Part shown: positions 47,906-57,294 of the stretch, piece by piece | Numbering within the stretch: position 1 is the first letter of the stretch | Layout: every line of letters starts with the position of its first letter | Source of the DNA: Acidimicrobiia bacterium | Lineage (GTDB): Bacteria; Actinomycetota; Acidimicrobiia; Spongiisociales; JAENVV01 | DNA: 64,000 bases | Direction of reading: 5' to 3' | Assembly (NCBI GenBank): GCA_041586155.1 | Contig: JBFHAT010000003.1 | Span: 27,115-91,114 of the forward strand | Translations under genes and position numbers: made by a program | The notes under the pieces: model-generated | The model's database searches: none | What the model was told of the DNA's origin: nothing | Seen by the model: only the letters and a program-made list of their open reading frames with translations

Positions 47906-49456
47906 CTAGAGCGGGATGTTGCCGTGCTTCTTCGGAGGGAGGTGTTCTCGTTTGTTGCGGAGCATGTCGAGCGCCCTGATCAGACGGATTCGGGTCTCTC
48001 GAGGCTCGATGACGTCGTCGACCAAACCCAGCTCGGCGGCTCGATACGGGTTGTTGAATCGGCGCTCGTAGTCGTCGATCAGCTCGGAACGCCGTGCCTC
48101 CTGGTCGTCGGCGTCGGCCAGTTCGCGCCGGAAGACGACGTTGACGGCCCCCTGCGCGCCCATCACGGCGATCTCCGCCGACGGCCACGCGTATACGACG
48201 TCGGCGCGGATCCCCCGCGCGTTCATGACGAGGTAGGCGCCGCCGTAGGCCTTTCGGGTGATCACCGTCACTCGCGGCACCGTCGCCTCACAGTAGGCGT
48301 AGAGCAATTTGGCCCCGTGGCGGATGATCCCGCCGTGCTCTTGATTGACGCCGGGCAGAAAACCCGGGACATCAACGAACGTGATGAGTGGGATGTTGAA
48401 CGCGTCGCAGAATCGGACGAACCGCGCCGCTTTCTCGGAGGCCGAGATGTCGAGCGTTCCTGCCAACGCTGCCGGCTGATTGCCGATGACCCCCACGGTG
48501 TGGCCGTCGAGCCGCCCCAGTCCGACCACGATGTTGGGTGCGAACAGCTCGTGCACCTGATAGAACTCCTCGTCGTCCAGCACCGTCTCGATCAGATCGA
48601 CCATGTCGTACGGCTGGTTGGGACTGTCGGGAATGATGCGGTCGAGTGAGTCTTCCGTTCGATCGGGGATGTCGGTCGGCGTGAAATATGGAGGCACCTC
48701 CATGTTGTTCTGCGGCAGGAACGACAACAGGTAGCGGACCGCATCGAGAGCTGCCGTGCCCGATTCGGCCACGAAGTGGGTGACGCCGCTGGTTTGGGCG
48801 TGGGCGTGTGCCCCGCCCAACTCCTCCATCGTGACGTCCTCGCCGGTGACGGCCTTGATCACCTCGGGGCCGGTGATGAAGAGATGGCTCGTCCCCTCCA
48901 CCTGGAACACGAAGTCGGTCATGGCAGGGGAGTAGACCGCGCCACCTGCGCAGGGCCCCATGATCACCGAGATCTGGGGAATCACGCCGGACGCCCGGAC
49001 GTTACGCTCGAAGATTCGCCCATAGCCGTCCAGGGACGACACTCCCTCCTGGATTCGTGCGCCGCCGGAGTCCTTCAGACCGATCACCGGCGCGCCGACG
49101 TCGAGGGCCATATCCATCACTTTGCAGATCTTGTCGGACACAGCCCGGCCGAGCGACCCGCCGAAGACCGTGAAGTCCTCGGCGAAGACGAAGACGGTTC
49201 GCCCATCGATGGTTCCCCATCCGGTGACCACCGCATCGCCCGGCGGTCGCCGGTCCTCGATGCCGAATCCGGAAGCCTGATGCTTGACCATCATGTCGAC
49301 TTCCTGGAAAGAGCCTTTGTCGAGAAGGAGCGCGAGGCGCTCCCGCGCGGTCAGCTTGCCTTGGTCGTGCTGGCGTTCGATGGCCCGCTTGCTCCCCGCA
49401 TGCAACGCCTGGTCTTTCAACGCTCGCAGCTGTTCGATGCGTTGCTCGGTTCCCAC
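47906..49456 (-). CDS. pccB: propionyl-CoA/acyl-CoA carboxylase beta subunit (carboxyltransferase)
   Basis: Carboxyltransferase N- and C-domains ('GGSLGRAVSDKI', 'PGFLPGVNQEHGGIIRHGAKLLYAY'). Confidence 0.9.
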   Translation of the reverse strand: MGTEQRIEQLRALKDQALHAGSKRAIERQHDQGKLTARERLALLLDKGSFQEVDMMVKHQASGFGIEDRRPPGDAVVTGWGTIDGRTVFVFAEDFTVFGGSLGRAVSDKICKVMDMALDVGAPVIGLKDSGGARIQEGVSSLDGYGRIFERNVRASGVIPQISVIMGPCAGGAVYSPAMTDFVFQVEGTSHLFITGPEVIKAVTGEDVTMEELGGAHAHAQTSGVTHFVAESGTAALDAVRYLLSFLPQNNMEVPPYFTPTDIPDRTEDSLDRIIPDSPNQPYDMVDLIETVLDDEEFYQVHELFAPNIVVGLGRLDGHTVGVIGNQPAALAGTLDISASEKAARFVRFCDAFNIPLITFVDVPGFLPGVNQEHGGIIRHGAKLLYAYCEATVPRVTVITRKAYGGAYLVMNARGIRADVVYAWPSAEIAVMGAQGAVNVVFRRELADADDQEARRSELIDDYERRFNNPYRAAELGLVDDVIEPRETRIRLIRALDMLRNKREHLPPKKHGNIPL

Positions 49457-49511
49457 GCCGCGATCCTCCTTGCCAACTAGCGTTCTCGTGTTGGACTTCC
49501 CGAACGACGAG

Positions 49512-50243
49512 ATGGCTACACCCTACGTTTTCTACTCAGAGCCGGAAGTCACCTCGACACAAGATCTGGCTCGCGCGGCGTACGAGGGAATGCCGGTGGT
49601 GTACACCGCTGAGCGCCAGACGCAGGGGAGGGGCCGGCGAGGTGCCCCGTGGTTGACCGCCGATGAGGCGTTGGCGGTCTCGGTGGCGTTCGGCCCGAGC
49701 TGGCCCTCGTCGGCGTGGCCGCGGTTCTCGCTTGCGGCCGGTCTCAGTGCTGCCGTCGCCGTGGATCGGCTGATGTCCACCGTCATCGAGCTGAAATGGC
49801 CGAACGATCTCATGATCGAAGGCCGCAAGGTGGGAGGTGTCCTGGCCGAGGCGGGACCGGACCTGGTCGTGATCGGGGTCGGCCTCAACCTGGTGTGGGA
49901 GCGCCCGCCTGAGGGAATGGGCGCCCTCGCCACCGAGCTGCCTCGCCCGCGGATCCGCGAAGAAATCGCACGTACATTCGCCGCCGACCTCCTCACCCGA
50001 GCATCCGGACCTCCCGAGGCGTGGGGGCGCGACGAGTACGTGGCACGCTGCCAGACGATCGGGCGGACAGTCTCGTGGCAACCGGCGGGGCGCGGTCACG
50101 TGGTGGGGGTCGACGACGAAGGGGCGCTGGTGGTGGACACGGATCGGGGGCGCATCACCCTTCGATCAGGCGCCGTCGCCGAGCTGCGCGATGTGTCGGA
50201 TCTGCAATCCGATGGCGACCGGCCCACGGGACACCGGCCGTGA
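49512..50243 (+). CDS. birA: biotin--[acetyl-CoA-carboxylase] ligase (group I, no HTH)
   Basis: 'ERQTQGRGRRGAPW' biotin-binding loop, 'GRKVGGVLAE'. ~243 aa, divergent from pccB. Confidence 0.8.
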   Translation: MATPYVFYSEPEVTSTQDLARAAYEGMPVVYTAERQTQGRGRRGAPWLTADEALAVSVAFGPSWPSSAWPRFSLAAGLSAAVAVDRLMSTVIELKWPNDLMIEGRKVGGVLAEAGPDLVVIGVGLNLVWERPPEGMGALATELPRPRIREEIARTFAADLLTRASGPPEAWGRDEYVARCQTIGRTVSWQPAGRGHVVGVDDEGALVVDTDRGRITLRSGAVAELRDVSDLQSDGDRPTGHRP

Positions 50244-50295
50244 ATCTCGGATGAGACACCTCCTACTACCATGCCGCCGGATCCAAGGAGGTTGA

Positions 50296-51054
50296 GTGGC
50301 GGTCTTGCCGCACGAGGGCTCATACAACATTCTCTACCGGTCGTATGCCGTCCCGGTCGGGGCCGGGTCCCAACCCGGATACCTCGCTCGCCCCGACGAG
50401 GTGGGCCAGTACCCGGGCATCCTGGTGCTACCGGACATCTTCGGCCTCACGTCCTTCGAGAAGGAGCTGTGCCGTCGGCTGGCTCGCCGCGGATTCGTGG
50501 CGATCGCCCTCGATCTGTATCGCGACAACCGACCCCTTCCGGGCGCCGGCCTCGACGAGGCGGTGGAGGCATATGCCGCCACCTCGGATCGCCGGGCCCT
50601 GACCGACATCGACGAGGCGTACCAGTTCATGATGAGCGACGACGTCGAATGGGTGCTGGACGCCCCGATCGGCCTGCTCGGACTCGACACCGGCGGCCGC
50701 TTCGCCCTTCTCTACGCAGCCGACCGTCCACACGTCGGCGCTGTCGCCGTGGTCCACGCTCCACTGGCCGGCGACGACGACCGGTCGTTGCAGGTCGTTG
50801 ACGTCCTCGAACGTCTGACGATGCCGGTGTTGGGCCTCTATGGGAGGGAAGACGAACTCGTGCCCGCCGAGGGTGCAGACACGGCGGCGGAGCTCAACCC
50901 GAACGGGACCTGGATCGTCTACGAGGACACGGGCCACGATTTCATGAACGATGGCGCAACCGGGTATCACCACGGGGCGGCCTCCGATGCAGAGGTTCGG
51001 CTCGTGCGGTTCTTCACCACCCACCTCGCCGCGCCGGTCATCCCGGCATACTGA
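50296..51054 (+). CDS. dienelactone hydrolase family protein
   Basis: 'GILVLPDIFGL', 'IGLLGLDTGG' nucleophile region, C-terminal 'GHDFMND'. AAGGAGG RBS 5 nt upstream. Confidence 0.7.
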   Translation: MAVLPHEGSYNILYRSYAVPVGAGSQPGYLARPDEVGQYPGILVLPDIFGLTSFEKELCRRLARRGFVAIALDLYRDNRPLPGAGLDEAVEAYAATSDRRALTDIDEAYQFMMSDDVEWVLDAPIGLLGLDTGGRFALLYAADRPHVGAVAVVHAPLAGDDDRSLQVVDVLERLTMPVLGLYGREDELVPAEGADTAAELNPNGTWIVYEDTGHDFMNDGATGYHHGAASDAEVRLVRFFTTHLAAPVIPAY

Positions 51055-51058
51055 ACCC

Positions 51059-52366
51059 ATGGCCGGCGGCACTCGTGCTTGGCGGATCCTCCGATGGACG
51101 ATCGTCCTCGCCCTGGTGGTAGCGAACGTCGCGGTTCTCTACGCGATCCGCAAGGTGGACGATGTGCAGGATGCCATCGCGGAAACGTTCGTGACCGTTC
51201 CGGAGATGGGACAAGTGCTGGACGAGCCACCGCCCCCGGAAGACCGGGATCCGGTCACCATCCTGGTGCTCGGCTCCGACTCACGGGAGAACCTGCCCGA
51301 CGAGCTGCTGTCGGACTTCGGCGACTTCGGTGGGCAGCGCGCCGACGTGATCATGCTGATGCAGTTGATTCCCGATGCAGGCCGGATGCGCCTGCTCAGC
51401 ATTCCGCGAGACCTCAAAGTCGACATCGAGGGCTACGGTTCCGACAAACTCAATGCAGCGTATGCGTACGGCGGTGCTCCCCTGATGGTCGACACCGTGC
51501 GCAACATCACGGGATTGCCGATCCATCATTACCTGGAGGTCGACTTCGTTGGGTTCGCCGGCCTGGTGGACGAGCTCGGGGGAGTCGTGATCGATTTCCC
51601 CCATCAGGCGCGAGACCTCAAATCGGGACTGTCGGTCGAGGCTGGTAGGCAGCGCCTCGACGGGATCACCGCCTTGGCCTACGCCCGGTCACGCAGCTAT
51701 CAGGAACTGCGCGACGGATCGTGGACGTCAGTGGCGGCCAACGATCTGGGTCGGACGCAACGGCAGCAGGATCTGGTGCTGGCGATCATGAACGAAGCAC
51801 GCTCGCCGACCGCCGTCCTCGAAGTGGACAGAGTCATCTCTCGGCTCGGCGGTTACGTCTCCGTCGATCCGGGATTCCTTGGACTGGACTTCGTGGACCT
51901 GGGGTTGACGTTCCGCTCGCTGGGCACCGACGACATCGACCGGATGACCCTTCCCACGGAGTCGGTTCGGGAGAATGGCATCTGGTACGAAGTCCGATCC
52001 GAGCCTGCCGCCAGCGAGGCGCTCAGCGCGTTCCTCACTGCGGACTCCGAGATCCGCGCCACTCCGACCACCAGCGTCGAGTCGGCCCCCGCCATGCCGA
52101 GCGCCGCAGAACTGGCGCTCGAGGTGCTCAACGGGAACGGCCGCAAGGGTGCGGCGGGGGAGGTCGCCACGATGCTCGAAGCGTCCGGCTTCACGATCGA
52201 CGCCGTCGGCGACGCCGACCACTACGACTACGGCGAGACGTTGATTCTCGCCACGAGCCTGGATGTGGGCGAGGTCGTGGCCTCTGCGCTCGGCTTCGGC
52301 TCCGTCGAGGTCGGCTCGCCGCCCGACGGCTACGACGTCGTCGTGATCGTCGGCGCAGACAGATGA
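51059..52366 (+). CDS. LytR-CpsA-Psr (LCP) family cell-envelope glycopolymer transferase with LytR_C domain
   Basis: N-terminal TM, 'VLGSDSRE', 'RADVIMLMQL', 'SIPRDLKVDIEGYGSDKLNAAY'. C-terminal LytR_C-like segment. Confidence 0.8.
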   Translation: MAGGTRAWRILRWTIVLALVVANVAVLYAIRKVDDVQDAIAETFVTVPEMGQVLDEPPPPEDRDPVTILVLGSDSRENLPDELLSDFGDFGGQRADVIMLMQLIPDAGRMRLLSIPRDLKVDIEGYGSDKLNAAYAYGGAPLMVDTVRNITGLPIHHYLEVDFVGFAGLVDELGGVVIDFPHQARDLKSGLSVEAGRQRLDGITALAYARSRSYQELRDGSWTSVAANDLGRTQRQQDLVLAIMNEARSPTAVLEVDRVISRLGGYVSVDPGFLGLDFVDLGLTFRSLGTDDIDRMTLPTESVRENGIWYEVRSEPAASEALSAFLTADSEIRATPTTSVESAPAMPSAAELALEVLNGNGRKGAAGEVATMLEASGFTIDAVGDADHYDYGETLILATSLDVGEVVASALGFGSVEVGSPPDGYDVVVIVGADR

Positions 52367-52457
52367 GGCGGCCGCGGCGGCGAGCGCAGGGCTTCGGGCG
52401 CGTCAGGGTTCCGTTGCTACTCTGCCGGACTGGCACGACATGCATCGGGGGGTCGTC

Positions 52458-53717
52458 ATGCAGGTAGCGGTGATCGGCGCCGGGTACGTGGGCTTGGTTC
52501 AGGCAGTGGGGCTCGCTTCGCTCGGCCACGACGTTGCGGTCGGTGAAGCCGATCCGGTGCGGCGGGTGGCGCTCGAGCAGTCGAGGTCACCCATCTACGA
52601 GCCCGGCCTTCAGGATCTCCTCGAACGTGTCATCCAAGCGGGCACGCTGTCCATCCATGCCGACAATCGCGCAGCGGTGGCGGGATGCCATGTCGTATTC
52701 CTCGCCGTCCCCACGCCGTTGTCGGAGGACGGAACCGCGAATCTCTCGGCGGTCGATGCCGTCCTCGACGAGATTGGTCCCGTGCTGGAGGAGGGCGTCG
52801 TCGTCGCATTCAAGTCGACGGTCCCTGTGGGTACGGTTGCGGCAACCCAACGCCGGCTCGGCCCCAGGGTTCACGTTGCCAGCAACCCCGAATTCCTGCA
52901 GGAAGGCAACGCCGTCGCTGGCTTCTTTCACCCCGACCGCATCGTCGTCGGCGCTTCCGACGACCGGGCAGCGCTCTTGCTGACCGACCTCTATGACGGC
53001 ATCGACGCCCCGATCGTCCTGACCGACCCCGTCGCGGCGGAGCTGGCCAAGTACGCCGCCAATGCCTATCTGGCTACCAGGGTGACGTTCGCCAACTCCA
53101 TCGCCAACGTCTGCGAGGCAGTCGGCGCCGACGTACATGAGGTGCTGCATGGGATGGGCTACGACCGTCGCATCGGCCACCACTTCATGCGACCCGGGCC
53201 GGGCTACGGAGGGTCGTGCTTCCCCAAGGACACTGCCGCGCTGGTCTCGGTTGCCGGCGACGCAGGCTACGACTTCTCGCTGCTCAAGGCCGTGATCGCC
53301 GAGAACGACGCTCAGCGACGCCGGATCTTGCACAAGGTCGAGCGCGCCGTGGGCGGGGATCTGTCGGGATCGCGGGTTGCCGTCTGGGGTGCGACATTCA
53401 AAGCGGGGACCGACGACTTGCGCGACTCGCCGGCGTTGTGGCTGATCCGCCAGCTCATGGCGCACGGGGCGGTGCCGGTCGTGTTCGACCCGCTGGTGGT
53501 CGTCGACGGTGTCGAGAACGCGCCCGACCCGCTCGCCGCGGCGCATGGGGCGGATGCGGTGCTGCTCGGAACCGAATGGACGGATTTCGCCAAGGTCGAT
53601 CTCGTTCAGCTCGCCGAGGTGATGGCGGGCCGGCATGTGATCGACGCCAGAAACCTGCTCGACCCCGAACAGGTGAGAGCTGCCGGACTGGTCTACACAG
53701 GCGTCGGTCGGCAGTGA
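52458..53717 (+). CDS. UDP-glucose 6-dehydrogenase (nucleotide-sugar dehydrogenase family)
   Basis: 'VAVIGAGYVGL', catalytic 'GGSCFPKD', UDPG_MGDP_dh N, central and C domains. Confidence 0.85.
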   Translation: MQVAVIGAGYVGLVQAVGLASLGHDVAVGEADPVRRVALEQSRSPIYEPGLQDLLERVIQAGTLSIHADNRAAVAGCHVVFLAVPTPLSEDGTANLSAVDAVLDEIGPVLEEGVVVAFKSTVPVGTVAATQRRLGPRVHVASNPEFLQEGNAVAGFFHPDRIVVGASDDRAALLLTDLYDGIDAPIVLTDPVAAELAKYAANAYLATRVTFANSIANVCEAVGADVHEVLHGMGYDRRIGHHFMRPGPGYGGSCFPKDTAALVSVAGDAGYDFSLLKAVIAENDAQRRRILHKVERAVGGDLSGSRVAVWGATFKAGTDDLRDSPALWLIRQLMAHGAVPVVFDPLVVVDGVENAPDPLAAAHGADAVLLGTEWTDFAKVDLVQLAEVMAGRHVIDARNLLDPEQVRAAGLVYTGVGRQ

Positions 53718-54664
53718 TGGTTCTCGCCGGCAGGCGCGTCCTCGTCACAGGTGGGGCGGGATTCCTCGGCGTCAACCTCGTGGAGCGGTTGGTTGGTCTC
53801 GAAGCGGAGGTGACGGTCGTGGACAACATGGCGACGCCGTCGCCAATACCGCCCATCGTCGAGATCATCGAGGCGGACGTGCGGGCGATGCCCGATTTTC
53901 CCGAGCACTTCGATGTGATCTTTCACCTCGCTGCCACCGCCTCGCCCCCTCGATATCTCGCCGACCCGGTCGATACGCTCGAAACGAGCGCCGAGGGAAC
54001 TCGCGCGGTGCTCGACCTCGCCGCGCAGACCGATGCCCGCCTCGTGTTCACCTCTACCTCAGAGGTCTATGGCGACCCCGACGTCCACCCTCAGCCGGAG
54101 TCCTACGTGGGAGCGGTGGACGTCCAAGCCGAACGCGCCTGCTATGACGAGGGCAAGCGCTACGCCGAAGCGCTCATCTATGCGTTCCGCCGGATGGGTC
54201 GCTACACCGATGGCCGGATCGCCCGCATCTTCAACACCTACGGCCCTGGCATGGACCCCAACGACGGGCGGGTGGTCTCCAACTTCCTGACTCAAGCCTT
54301 GGCGGGCGAGCCGTTGTCGGTGTACGGCGACGGCTCGCAAACCCGTTCACTCTGCTACGTCGACGACCTGATCGATGGGCTGGTGCGACTGGCCCAGACA
54401 GATGATCCCCGGGCCGTGGGTGGTCCGATCAACCTGGGCTCGCAGTTCGAGGTGACGGTCGCGCAGCTGGCCGACCTGGTCGCATCGATCGTGGGAGACA
54501 CCGGTCGGCGTCACGCCCGCCTCCCCGAAGCCGACCCGGCCCGACGGCGACCGGATACGACACTGGCGTCGGAGGTCCTCGACTGGGAGGCATCGACGCC
54601 GATCGAGGTGGGGTTGGCTGCGACGGCCGAGTACTTCCGGTCGTTCCGGAACACCAGGGTATGA
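53717..54664 (+). CDS. UDP-glucuronate decarboxylase (UDP-xylose synthase)-like NAD-dependent epimerase/dehydratase
   Basis: 'VLVTGGAGFLG', 'TSEVYGDP', 'YDEGKRYAEAL' (YxxxK) typical of the UXS/ArnA decarboxylase subfamily. ATGA overlap with the UGDH stop. Confidence 0.7.
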   Translation: MVLAGRRVLVTGGAGFLGVNLVERLVGLEAEVTVVDNMATPSPIPPIVEIIEADVRAMPDFPEHFDVIFHLAATASPPRYLADPVDTLETSAEGTRAVLDLAAQTDARLVFTSTSEVYGDPDVHPQPESYVGAVDVQAERACYDEGKRYAEALIYAFRRMGRYTDGRIARIFNTYGPGMDPNDGRVVSNFLTQALAGEPLSVYGDGSQTRSLCYVDDLIDGLVRLAQTDDPRAVGGPINLGSQFEVTVAQLADLVASIVGDTGRRHARLPEADPARRRPDTTLASEVLDWEASTPIEVGLAATAEYFRSFRNTRV

Positions 54665-55623
54665 AGGGCATCGACGGCATCCGTCGAGCACTGGTCACGG
54701 GTGGGGCCGGCTTCATCGGATCGCACTTGGTTGACCGGCTCGTCGACCACGATGTCGAGGTGCTCGTGGTCGACGACCTCTCCACCGGCCGGTTCGACTT
54801 TCTCGCCGAGGCGCGCGCTCGCGGCAGCGTCGCACTGCACCGCATCGATGTCCGGTCCGAGGGACTCGGCATGGTGGTCGAGCGGTTCCATCCGGACACG
54901 ATCTTCCACCTCGCTGCGCAGGCTTCCGTCCCTGCCTCGATGAGCGATCCCCGCAACGACGCCGACATCAACGTGATGGGAACCATCAATCTCTTGGAGA
55001 CGGCCCGGGCTGTCGGCGCGCGCCGGTTCGTGTTCGTCTCGTCGGGTGGTGCGCTGCATGGAGCGGGCTCGAAGCTTCCGTCGAAGGAGACACACGCGTT
55101 CCGGCCGGAATCGCCGTACGGGGTATCCAAGATGGTGGCACTGGCCTACCTCGACTTCTATCGGTCGCGCCACGGCATCGACTACGTCGCGCTCGCTCCC
55201 TCCAACGTGTACGGGCCTCGACAGAACTCGTCCGCCGAAGGCGGCGTCGTGGCGATTTTTGCGCGCGCCATGCTGGTCGGCCGACCCACGGTGATCTATG
55301 GGGACGGCGAGCAGACCCGGGACTTCGTGTTCGTGGAGGACGTCGTCGAGGCATTGATCGCCGGCGCCCGCAAGTTGGGAGGCAAGTTCTTGCACGTTTC
55401 CACGGGGATGGAGACCTCGATCAACGCTTTGCACGAGATCATGGCCGAGATCGTGCCGACCGACCGGTCGCCTCGTCACGAAGCCGAGAAGCCCGGTGAC
55501 ATACGGCGGTCGTGGCTCGATTCCAGCGCGGCGCGCAAGCACCTCGGTTGGGAAGCATGGACACCGCTCGACGAGGGCCTCGCCGCCACCGTTGCCTGGC
55601 TCAGGGCCAATCCAGAGCCCTGA
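54661..55623 (+). CDS. NAD-dependent epimerase/dehydratase (UDP-sugar 4-epimerase-like)
   Basis: 'ALVTGGAGFIGSHLV', 'YGVSKMVALAY' (YxxxK). 4-nt overlap with the upstream gene. Confidence 0.75.
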   Translation: MKGIDGIRRALVTGGAGFIGSHLVDRLVDHDVEVLVVDDLSTGRFDFLAEARARGSVALHRIDVRSEGLGMVVERFHPDTIFHLAAQASVPASMSDPRNDADINVMGTINLLETARAVGARRFVFVSSGGALHGAGSKLPSKETHAFRPESPYGVSKMVALAYLDFYRSRHGIDYVALAPSNVYGPRQNSSAEGGVVAIFARAMLVGRPTVIYGDGEQTRDFVFVEDVVEALIAGARKLGGKFLHVSTGMETSINALHEIMAEIVPTDRSPRHEAEKPGDIRRSWLDSSAARKHLGWEAWTPLDEGLAATVAWLRANPEP

Positions 55624-55626
55624 GCG

Positions 55627-56337
55627 TCACCGAAACAGGTCGTCGGCCGGCGATCGAACCAGATCGCGTCCCGTCCCGGCGGGAAGGCCCTCGAGATCCA
55701 GCCCCCGGACTACCGCCACCGGGATGTTCCGAGACTTGCCCATCACGAGATCGGCTGCGGCGGCGATCTCATCCGCCACGGCGACCTGTGTCACGACCAG
55801 CTCGTTTCCGTGCGAGTCGGTCGTTCCTCGATGGTCAACGATTGCGGGAATCCCTGCCACGCCGATCGCCACGTCGGTCAGTCCTTGGCGCCACGCTCGA
55901 CCGAACGTGTCGGTGATGACGACTGCCGGTGCAATGCCGACGAGACGTTCGAGCCGGGTCCGAATCCGCCGGGCCGAGCGGTCGGGATCCCGCGGGAGGA
56001 GGACGACGAGGCCCGCCTCCACGTTGGATCGATCGACTCCGGCGTTTGCGCACACGAACCCGTGGGGCGTCTCCGTGATCACCAAGTCGCCGCGCCGGCG
56101 GATGATCTGAACCGCTTCGGCCTCGATGATCGCGCGACGCTCCTCTTCGTCGGCGTAGGTTCGGATCGCTCCTTCGGCCTTGGAGACGACCTTGTGGGTC
56201 ACGACCACCACGTCGCCCGACACCAGCTCGAAGGTCAGCGCATCGGCGATCAGCGCGGCGATGTCGTCGCCTTCGGCCACCTCGCCGATGCCCTCGACCG
56301 GGAATACTCGCATCAAGCGACGAGGTCCAGCAGCCAT
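55627..56337 (-). CDS. cofE: coenzyme F420-0:L-glutamate ligase
   Basis: 'GDVVVVTHKVVSKAEG', 'ANAGVDRSN', 'TDTFGRAWRQG' CofE motifs. 236 aa (standalone, no nitroreductase domain). Confidence 0.8.
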   Translation of the reverse strand: MAAGPRRLMRVFPVEGIGEVAEGDDIAALIADALTFELVSGDVVVVTHKVVSKAEGAIRTYADEEERRAIIEAEAVQIIRRRGDLVITETPHGFVCANAGVDRSNVEAGLVVLLPRDPDRSARRIRTRLERLVGIAPAVVITDTFGRAWRQGLTDVAIGVAGIPAIVDHRGTTDSHGNELVVTQVAVADEIAAAADLVMGKSRNIPVAVVRGLDLEGLPAGTGRDLVRSPADDLFR

Positions 56338-57233
56338 TCGGCGAAGTCGGTCGATTGCTCAGCAGTCGTGAGCATGGTGCTGCGAACGTGGATCGTCACG
56401 TCACTCGCGGTGAGTGAACTCCGTTCCGATGCATCGCCGGTGTCGATCACGAGATCCCGGACGAGACCGTCGTAGGCTTGGATGACACCGAGATTCCCCC
56501 GCGCCAGGCCCACGTCTGCCATCACGATGTGGGCGGGACCCTTCAATGCTTCACCCCCGAACAGCGGGCTGACCGCGATGACGCGGGGCGCCGATGCCAC
56601 CGCCGCAGCGATGCCCGGCACTGCCAAGATCGGCCAGATGGAAAGCACAGGGTTGGATGGGCCGATCACGACAGCATCTGCTTCCGAGAGCGCCTCGAGA
56701 ACGCCAGGAGCCGGCGTGGAGTCCTCTACCCCCTCGAACCGCACGTCGCGCACGCGGTCACGATGTTGTCGGGTCACGAAATACTCGCGAAACGACAGCC
56801 AGTCGCCGCCGTCGATCTGGATGGCCGTCGACACTCGCTGGTCGCTCATCGGGAGCACTTCGGGGATCAGCTGGAGAAGGGAGCCGAGCCGTCGGGTCAC
56901 CTCTGACAAGGGCACTCCTTCTGAGAGAAGCTGACTCCGATAGAGGTTCGTCGCCAGGTCGGCGTCGCCGATGCGAAAGCTCGTGTCGATCTCGAATCCA
57001 TTCATGTGGTCCATCACGCTGAACCGGTCGTCGGCCAGACCCCATCCATCCGGTCCTTCGATGCCGCTCATCGTGTACATGACGGTATCGAGGTCGGGCG
57101 ACACCGTCAGGCCGTAGATGACGGCGTCGTCACCGGTGTTCACGACGACCGTGAGGTCGCGTTGCAGGATTCGACCCAATCCCCGCGCCAGCCGCGCACC
57201 TCCGACTCCGCCCGAGAGCAGCACGATCTTCAT
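56313..57233 (-). CDS. cofD: 2-phospho-L-lactate transferase (LPPG:FO transferase)
   Basis: 'KIVLLSGGVGGARL', CofD/UPF0052 fold. Overlaps the cofE start. Confidence 0.85.
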   Translation of the reverse strand: MKIVLLSGGVGGARLARGLGRILQRDLTVVVNTGDDAVIYGLTVSPDLDTVMYTMSGIEGPDGWGLADDRFSVMDHMNGFEIDTSFRIGDADLATNLYRSQLLSEGVPLSEVTRRLGSLLQLIPEVLPMSDQRVSTAIQIDGGDWLSFREYFVTRQHRDRVRDVRFEGVEDSTPAPGVLEALSEADAVVIGPSNPVLSIWPILAVPGIAAAVASAPRVIAVSPLFGGEALKGPAHIVMADVGLARGNLGVIQAYDGLVRDLVIDTGDASERSSLTASDVTIHVRSTMLTTAEQSTDFAEWLLDLVA

Positions 57234-57294
57234 TCTCTACCGGCCTCCGCTTGGATTGCCCTTTTCATACAAGGACTCCAGAATACGACCTCAC

